A DNA stretch of 11,908 bases, from contig CAZBPC010000097.1 of NCBI GenBank assembly GCA_964493715.1, forward strand, positions 1 to 11,908, given 5' to 3'. This document shows, piece after piece, positions 1 to 6,513 of this stretch (positions are counted from its first letter, which is position 1; each line of letters begins with the position of its first letter). The notes below the pieces were generated by a model that saw only the letters and a program-made list of their open reading frames with translations, was not told the DNA's origin and ran no database searches. The position numbers were made by a program, and so were the translations under genes. The stretch is from an uncultured archaeon. Its GTDB lineage: Archaea; Asgardarchaeota; Lokiarchaeia; Sigyniarchaeales; SOKP01.

Positions 1-1260
1 TATCTTCACCATTTAGGTATAAAGTCAACTCGGTATCTATTTGTACTATCTGAATCGCAAGTGTGATCGATTGAGGCTCATATTCCCCTTTTCTAGCATA
101 TATCGTTAAGAAATTAATACCAAAACTTAAATCAGTTGTGTTCAAGACCGTAGTATAATTACTATAGCTCTCTCCAAGAACTTCTGACACACCAGAACCG
201 TTCACGTCCACGGTTGCCCCACTTATAAACAGCGTTGAAATTGAATCTTTATAGGAAACGGTAAGATTAATCAATTGATTGGTATAGGTTGTTATTGCAG
301 GATTAGCCGTATAATCTATTCCATCTAAGTAGATTTTATATTCTGTGTTCCTTTCAAAAACATCTATAGTAAGAAGTACAATTGTAGAGGTATAATTTAC
401 CTTTTCAGCTATTATGTTAACAAATGATGTCCCAACTCCTAAATCCATTGAATTTAAGGTAAAGTTATAATATGTAGGATTTTCCTCGAAAATCTCTTCA
501 ATTTCAGTACCCTTTTTTAGGGTAACAATGGCTCCATTAATAACGCTTCCTGAAGATTCAAGATCGTTAAATGTAACCTCAAAGTTTAACAACTCTCCAG
601 ATTTTACATTATAAGATTTGTTAGCTGTGCAATCTATGTTATTGATCAAAATTCTCTCAATATAAGTTTCTCTTGGAACTATTCCAATGGATATTATCAT
701 TGTCTGCTCCTCACAACCAATTTTATTGAATGTAATTTTGAGATTATATTCCTTATTTATCTGATAAAGCGAACTATTAAATGTGATATTATACAATCCA
801 TTACCTGACATTGAAGCTTTCTCTCCGTTCCATTCAATTGCGAGATCTGCATTCTCAATACCAATTCCATTTGACTTATAGGTGTAATTAAGATGGATCG
901 TGAAATTATTATTCCAAGGAACCTGAATATTTGGATATTCTTCTGCTGTAAGAATGGTGTACTTAATGACATCAATCGTAATATCTACGACTTTATTAAG
1001 ATAAAATGAATGATTGGCATAAATTGTTACAGTATTATTTCCAGGATTGGCTTTACTAGCATTAAATTCGTACAAGTAAAAACCTGGACTTATTCTATCT
1101 AATGTTTCGATTGTCCCTGTAAAATTTGTATATACTGTTGCATAATCTATTGCTGAATTATCTATTAAATCGTTAAATGAGACTTTGATATTAACGATTC
1201 TATCTTCAGCTACATTGTCGATGAAAAAGATACCTTGATCAGGATATAGCAAAGAATCGT
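1..1260 (-). repeat. About four degenerate ~95-107 aa protein-level repeats (Ig-like) plus the start of a fifth
   Basis: Recurring motifs: NIKVSFNDLIDNSAIDYATV / TIHLNYTYKSNGIGIENADL / NFEVTFNDLESSGSVINGAIV / NLTVSYKDSISTLFISGATV; and YNFTLNSMDLGVGTSFVNIIAEKVNY vs YTTVLNTTDLSFGINFLTIYARKGEY; INNIDCTAN vs LDGIDYTAN vs LNGED. Confidence 0.75.
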
Positions 1261-3145
1261 GGATGACAGTGAATTTTTTATAAATAATCCCTGTTTCATT
1301 TAAACCAAAAGATGAATAAGAATTATTCCACCTAATAATTGCCTCATACTCTCCTGCTATATAATTTGGGCCATTATTAGGTATTCTGATAGGATCAAAA
1401 TATACCATACCTAAACTATCGACAGATTTAAATTGCTTTTGTATTGACCAAATTGTACCATTTGGAAACCTAATTTGAAGTTGAGCTTGCGTTTGCTGGA
1501 TGTACCCTAAAACCAATTGAGAATTATTGATCTTTCCAGTAACATTAATGTACTCTCCACTTAAGAACTCATTATTTATCTCCCAATTGTTTGTAGCATT
1601 ATTATATATATCCATCTCTTCACAGTAATTCGGAGATTCCGCTGTTAGCTTCCAAAATCCATTTGTATTGCTTGTGATAGAACTTACTGGAACATTTACA
1701 ATTTTTTTATTTCCATACTCTGTGATCGAAGCTTGAGAAAGCGAATCAGGGTTTAGTGAGAAGTATAATCCTGTTAAATTATAATCTAAAGGATAATCAA
1801 CGATCATATTTGTTTCTTCATATCCTGCTGGAATCTCCATATGTGCATATGTAGTCCAATTTGTATTACTCTTATTAGATGCAATAAATGAGGAACCTTG
1901 GTATTCCAAACTTGAATCAGCAGTATAATATGTTTCTGGAGTAGATTTTGTAGTATATAGATTTAAATTAGTAGTAAGCTCAACCTTATAACTTATCCAA
2001 TTTCCATCATCTTGGTAAGTGAAAGACCAATCTGAATTACTACTAAAATTAGCAATCACTGATGATTGAAGGCTTCCATTCCAATTACCAATAACACCCA
2101 AATTGCCTTCACCATAATTACCATTATCATTCACATTTTCACCATTTAATTTCAATTCTAATTGGATTGGTTTTGCTTTAGATTTTACTATTAATGAAAC
2201 ATTATCAAAAAGGACAGAATAGGAAGATGCATAACCAGAAGCGGTGCCACTAACTCTCTTAAACTCTAGAGTAACATTCAGATTTTTAATTCCTTCAGGG
2301 AATATTTGTTCGTCATTACCATCTAAGTAAATAGGATATGGATTATACCATTGACCATTTGGATTGCCAGATGCATCTATCATAGATTGAAGACCGTTAC
2401 CCCAAACAATTTTACCATTTACTAAAATTTGTAACACCATATGATTATTGAATTCATCACCATCTTTAGGAAAAACTGCAAAAGATAACCAAGCTTCCTC
2501 TACATTTCCTCTATCTAGCTGAAAGTTCGTTTCCCACCAACATTTATCCCCAACATCATAACGACCACTATTCGCATTAATCAACAATTCCAAACTACTT
2601 TCATAATCAGATACAGAAGTAGAACCATCATAATAATTTCCACTCATAGAATTAGTATATCCTTGAACATCTCCAGTTTTAAATGTCCAACCATCAATAT
2701 AATTACTATCATTAGATCCTGAAGGAGAACCACCAAAATTTCCTGCATTAAATGTTCCATTAATCCAATTCCGGGTATCGTATAAATTTGTTATTGTAGA
2801 ATTTAATTGATAACCATCCCATCCATATAAATCTACTTGCGCGTGAGTATCATCATACGAATTGTTATTGAAACTAACATCTAAATTAGACTTTGTTTGG
2901 TTAGCATAGTGAGTTACATTCCAAGGAACACCAATACCAGTGAATGTATTATCAGAAACTAAATCTTGAGTTTTTAAAATGTCATTCTGAAAGTCCTCAT
3001 TTTTATCGTATTTTTGATTTCCATACTCTAAATTAGCAGCTATATCGGGATTTTTTAAAGAAGTCATTAAAATTAAGTAAATTAAAACGCTCGATAAAAC
3101 TAAGATTCGTCTTCGTTTAATTCTATTTAGATTATTAAATTTCAT
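1..3145 (-). CDS. Large secreted/cell-surface glycoprotein with tandem Ig-like beta-sandwich repeats (partial, >1048 aa, 3' end outside window)
   Basis: Manual translation from ATG at 3145 (MKFNNLNRIKRRRILVLSSVLIYLILMTSLKNPD...) has no in-frame stop down to position 1. Basic n-region plus hydrophobic h-region indicates a signal peptide/anchor. Rich in N/S/T/Y/W/G with more than 20 N-X-S/T sequons (NVT, NQT, NST, NGT, NFT, NYT, NIT, NLT...). About 100-aa beta-rich repeats in the distal part. Missing from the ORF track because it has no stop in the window. Confidence 0.92.
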   Translation of the reverse strand, partial: MKFNNLNRIKRRRILVLSSVLIYLILMTSLKNPDIAANLEYGNQKYDKNEDFQNDILKTQDLVSDNTFTGIGVPWNVTHYANQTKSNLDVSFNNNSYDDTHAQVDLYGWDGYQLNSTITNLYDTRNWINGTFNAGNFGGSPSGSNDSNYIDGWTFKTGDVQGYTNSMSGNYYDGSTSVSDYESSLELLINANSGRYDVGDKCWWETNFQLDRGNVEEAWLSFAVFPKDGDEFNNHMVLQILVNGKIVWGNGLQSMIDASGNPNGQWYNPYPIYLDGNDEQIFPEGIKNLNVTLEFKRVSGTASGYASSYSVLFDNVSLIVKSKAKPIQLELKLNGENVNDNGNYGEGNLGVIGNWNGSLQSSVIANFSSNSDWSFTYQDDGNWISYKVELTTNLNLYTTKSTPETYYTADSSLEYQGSSFIASNKSNTNWTTYAHMEIPAGYEETNMIVDYPLDYNLTGLYFSLNPDSLSQASITEYGNKKIVNVPVSSITSNTNGFWKLTAESPNYCEEMDIYNNATNNWEINNEFLSGEYINVTGKINNSQLVLGYIQQTQAQLQIRFPNGTIWSIQKQFKSVDSLGMVYFDPIRIPNNGPNYIAGEYEAIIRWNNSYSSFGLNETGIIYKKFTVIHDSLLYPDQGIFFIDNVAEDRIVNIKVSFNDLIDNSAIDYATVYTNFTGTIETLDRISPGFYLYEFNASKANPGNNTVTIYANHSFYLNKVVDITIDVIKYTILTAEEYPNIQVPWNNNFTIHLNYTYKSNGIGIENADLAIEWNGEKASMSGNGLYNITFNSSLYQINKEYNLKITFNKIGCEEQTMIISIGIVPRETYIERILINNIDCTANKSYNVKSGELLNFEVTFNDLESSGSVINGAIVTLKKGTEIEEIFEENPTYYNFTLNSMDLGVGTSFVNIIAEKVNYTSTIVLLTIDVFERNTEYKIYLDGIDYTANPAITTYTNQLINLTVSYKDSISTLFISGATVDVNGSGVSEVLGESYSNYTTVLNTTDLSFGINFLTIYARKGEYEPQSITLAIQIVQIDTELTLYLNGED

Positions 3146-3355
3146 ATATATAACCCTTGTAGTAAATATAAAATTTTTTAATAATATGAAATCGCTTCAT
3201 GAATTTAATCTCTTCTAACATATTAAATAAGATCAGCAAAATCCAATTTCAAGTCTATACTTTTTAATAAATCATTTTCATATTTCTAATATTATAATGG
3301 AATAAAGATTAAATAATAATTATTTTATATTTAATAAAACAAGAAACTTGAAATC
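3146..3355. promoter_or_regulatory. Divergent promoter region (surface protein / longin-wHTH gene)
   Basis: 210-bp very AT-rich gap between two divergent ATGs with several TATA-like boxes; individual boxes cannot be assigned at this AT content. Confidence 0.5.
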
Positions 3356-4609
3356 ATGATTGAAGCAATTTTAACGTTTGAATTTGTATTAATTCAGAAA
3401 CCGACTGGAGAAGTGAAACCTGATTTTAAACCAATCATATTTTCTTTTGAGAATAAGGAGTTCACGAACGCAAACCTTTCTGAATTGATTTCGACAAGTG
3501 ACTTATTTTCGATTTTATATCATCACACTACTAGCATGCGTGAAATAGCAGGTGGTTTTAGCAATTTTTACGAGGGAAGATTAAAAGAGACATTTTATCA
3601 AATAAGCTCCTATTTCATTCAGGCTGACAGTGGTACGCAATTTCTGACTATATTAGTTTTTACTTTAGATGAGGATCTTGGGATCTATGAAGATATAATT
3701 AAAAGTTTAGCAAGAAAAATGGATTATTTATTCGAAACTTTTGAAACGGCTAAAAAAACAAATCAAATTTCTATAATCAGCAAAATTCATGAGAATATTG
3801 AGAATGAATTAAAATATGCAACATTTCAAATCAAGCGTTTAACTAGCCTTGATAAAATACAAAAATCTGCATTGATTTTTAATAGTTATGAACGTTTAGA
3901 AATTTTAAAAACACTACGAGAATCTCCTAAATCAAAAAAAGAAGTTAGAGAAATTCTTGAAAGAGTTAAAGAAAATCCTAATTTAGATATATTACTTGAA
4001 CCTTTTCTCGAATTAAACCTTATTCGCCGCGATTGGATTAAAGGAAAAAGAGACAAACGAACTGGATTGATTCAAGATCAAGGTGAATATTTGTTTTTAA
4101 CTAAAGATATTGAGTTAATTAGGGTACCCAACTATGAATTGCTAAATCACTTAAAAGAATCTAAACACGAACTATATTCGAAGTATGAAGCTAAAGTAGT
4201 AGATTTCTTCTCGGAATACGACCCAAAAACACAAACTGTTGAACAGAAAAAGAAAATTTCATCCATCTTGCTTAACCCAGACATATATGATCTCTTTGCG
4301 ATGTTGCGAAATAAATATTATCCAAAAGATAAAATCCCTAACATATTTTCAGAATTCGCTGATCTTGAATTATTATTGGATGAACTGATCCAACTTCAGA
4401 TCATTATCGAAATTAAAGATCAAAAGGAAAGACCGTGGTTATTATTGTTAACTGATATACAACCGATGATCTTTTTCCCAGAATATATGTTGAATAACGT
4501 AAAGGATGCATATCACAACGAAGACGCCAAGAAGAAAATTCCTTTTGAAGTAGCTAAGAAGGCTTTAGATCTATTAGAAGTTGCCTATCCTGAAAAAATT
4601 GAATTCTAA
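3356..4609 (+). CDS. Hypothetical protein, 417 aa: putative N-terminal longin/uDENN-like domain plus two tandem winged-helix repeats
   Basis: aa 1-130 pattern beta-beta-alpha-beta-beta-beta-alpha (YQISSYF..FLTILVF..DEDLGIYEDIIKSLA). aa ~166-290 and ~296-412 align: ERLEILKTLRE..K..NLDILLEPFLELNLI..EYLFLTKDI..P vs DIYDLFAMLRN..K..DLELLLDELIQLQII..WLLLLTDI..P. ORF is solid; fold calls are inference. Confidence 0.65.
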   Translation: MIEAILTFEFVLIQKPTGEVKPDFKPIIFSFENKEFTNANLSELISTSDLFSILYHHTTSMREIAGGFSNFYEGRLKETFYQISSYFIQADSGTQFLTILVFTLDEDLGIYEDIIKSLARKMDYLFETFETAKKTNQISIISKIHENIENELKYATFQIKRLTSLDKIQKSALIFNSYERLEILKTLRESPKSKKEVREILERVKENPNLDILLEPFLELNLIRRDWIKGKRDKRTGLIQDQGEYLFLTKDIELIRVPNYELLNHLKESKHELYSKYEAKVVDFFSEYDPKTQTVEQKKKISSILLNPDIYDLFAMLRNKYYPKDKIPNIFSEFADLELLLDELIQLQIIIEIKDQKERPWLLLLTDIQPMIFFPEYMLNNVKDAYHNEDAKKKIPFEVAKKALDLLEVAYPEKIEF

Positions 4610-4637
4610 ATCTATTTTTTCTCCATTCTTTTATTGT
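4610..4637 (+). terminator. T-rich archaeal-type terminator in the 28-bp gap between convergent genes
   Basis: TCTATTTTTTCTCCATTCTTTT directly after the TAA at 4607-4609. Confidence 0.4.
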
Positions 4638-6275
4638 TCAATAGTTAAATCCTAGATTTTTAATCGTATTTAATGTTACTGATAATTGTTCATATACATC
4701 AATTACATTATCCTCCTTAATTCTGAAGAATAATAACGATACCAATCTATTTTCTGCTTCTTCTTCTAAATTAAAGTTTTCGATTAATTCAGACCAATTT
4801 TCATCACTAGAAACTCTAATTCCGACAGAAATTACTTTATTTTTCTTTAAATCTTGTATTATGTTTGATATAATTTCAATCCAAGCGGAATCAATGCTGT
4901 TTTTATCCCTTGCATCAAATAAGCATAAGACTCCATCAGAATCGGTTGTTTTATAAGAATCATAAATATAACTCTTTAAAATCAGCCCATTATCAAATTC
5001 AAAACGCTTTTCCTTTTTCTTATCTTTTATATTAATGGGTGTCCCCATTTTATCTATTTTAGTTAAAATCTGCAGTGTGGGATTCCACAACTCATTTTGG
5101 CTTAAAAAGGTTAATGTTAATTCCTTGTTCGTCTCAAGGATCGAGTTAATCTCATCTAAAATTTTTCCCTTCAATATTGACTCCTCCTTTTCTTCACAAC
5201 TTAGAATGAAATGATAGGAAATTAAATTGAACGCATCTTGAATTCGATTACCATTTTTAGCACTCGTTTCGATATATGAAATTTTGGTTTTAGATCCATT
5301 TTCAATTGATGAAAGATCAGAATAATCTGACATTGTCGTGCTTTCTGACATTCCGGTTAATTTTGAAAGGTCGCTGGCAAGTTGAACGCCTTCTTCGTGA
5401 CTAATGACTCTCTGTTCTGTAAGATCTGTTTTGTTTCCGATAATTATAATTGGTAAATCCTTGTATTCGAGGAATTCTTTCAGTTCATTATGCCAATAAG
5501 TAACATTTTTAAAAGTTTCCCTATTAGTTAAATCGAAGACGATAAAGGCAGCTTGGGCTCCACCATAATAAGTTTTCCTGTATCTCTTGAAGTATTTTTG
5601 AGCACCGATATCCCATAACATTATATTGATTTTATTTCCAAAAGCATCAAATTCATGCGAGAGAATATTTAAACCTATGGTGGCTCGATATTTATCTACA
5701 AAATTCCCTTCCACGAATCTTCTGATGATTGAAGTCTTCCCAACTTCATGATCTCCAATCACAATGAATTTAAAACGATAAATTCCTCCTTGTTCGATCT
5801 TGGATTGGTAAAGTTGGTTCTTAATTCTCCCCATATCACTACAAACTTCCCCTCCGAACTTAAAATCAGGAATAGAAATCTGAATTAATCCTGTTTCAGA
5901 AGCATCAAGAATTTGAGCTGTTTTTTCAGCAAGAAAATAGGCATAAGGCGCGATGCTATCTATAGAACCCATGCTTTGTATTACCAAACTTAATGTCGTC
6001 TCTTCATTTATCAACACAAAAAGCAAACGATGTTCTTCTGTATCGATACTGGCTGTTCCAAATTGTTTGAATGAAAATTCTTCTCTTACTCTTTCAATTA
6101 AGGGGTTTATAACCGCAGTTAGAAAAGAGACAATTTCGAGGTCAATATTCATTCTTTTTTCACCCGCTATCACGAAACCATCCACATCTGATATAATTAT
6201 TGCTTCGACATCCGTGTTTTGATTCAGAAAATTATTAAATACGCTTTCAAACAATTGCTTTTTGATCATTGACAC
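4638..6275 (-). CDS. Roadblock/LC7 domain + Rab-like small GTPase + degenerate second G-like domain, 545 aa
   Basis: aa 1-125 roadblock/MglB signature (VEAIIISDVDGFVIA...). aa ~166-357: G1 GDHEVGKT, G2 ATIG, G3 WDIGAQ, YYGGAQAAFIVFDLT, G4 GNKTD, G5 ETSAK. No C-terminal Cys prenylation motif. Start is GTG 6275 or ATG 6269, with SD-like GGCGTGA upstream. Confidence 0.92.
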   Translation of the reverse strand: MSMIKKQLFESVFNNFLNQNTDVEAIIISDVDGFVIAGEKRMNIDLEIVSFLTAVINPLIERVREEFSFKQFGTASIDTEEHRLLFVLINEETTLSLVIQSMGSIDSIAPYAYFLAEKTAQILDASETGLIQISIPDFKFGGEVCSDMGRIKNQLYQSKIEQGGIYRFKFIVIGDHEVGKTSIIRRFVEGNFVDKYRATIGLNILSHEFDAFGNKINIMLWDIGAQKYFKRYRKTYYGGAQAAFIVFDLTNRETFKNVTYWHNELKEFLEYKDLPIIIIGNKTDLTEQRVISHEEGVQLASDLSKLTGMSESTTMSDYSDLSSIENGSKTKISYIETSAKNGNRIQDAFNLISYHFILSCEEKEESILKGKILDEINSILETNKELTLTFLSQNELWNPTLQILTKIDKMGTPINIKDKKKEKRFEFDNGLILKSYIYDSYKTTDSDGVLCLFDARDKNSIDSAWIEIISNIIQDLKKNKVISVGIRVSSDENWSELIENFNLEEEAENRLVSLLFFRIKEDNVIDVYEQLSVTLNTIKNLGFNY

Positions 6276-6513
6276 GTTAAAATCACGCCAAATCTATGAG
6301 TTATTAAATTATTTATAATAATTAGTAAGAAGATCATAAACCTAGTATTAAAATTTTAGTTTAATAAAATATGAATATCAATTTCACATGTATCGAATAA
6401 GTTATTTATAACAAATATAATATAATTTTATTTAACTGAAATACTATTTCTTAATAAGATGTACTAATTTAAATTAAAGAGATATAAAAAAAAGAAAGAG
6501 ATGAACAAGTTAG
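6276..6513. promoter_or_regulatory. Divergent promoter region (GTPase / TrmB-like gene)
   Basis: 238-bp AT-rich gap between divergent starts; TTATTTATAA occurs twice (about 6308-6317 and 6402-6411). Confidence 0.5.

Noticed and set aside
757-975. 72-aa minus-strand ORF in the track
   Set aside because: Out-of-frame overlap inside the >1048-aa surface protein gene on the same strand.
3107-3118. KRRR in the surface protein N-terminus as a Tat signal
   Set aside because: No S/T-R-R-x-F-L-K consensus; better read as the basic n-region of a Sec-pathway signal.
4638-4640. TGA ending the GTPase gene as Sec or as genome-wide UGA reassignment
   Set aside because: It falls at the natural end of the last domain, has no redox context, and read-through would run antisense into the convergent gene. 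Trp is encoded by TGG throughout the window.
5953-6222. 89-aa plus-strand ORF
   Set aside because: Antisense shadow of the roadblock domain; no motif.
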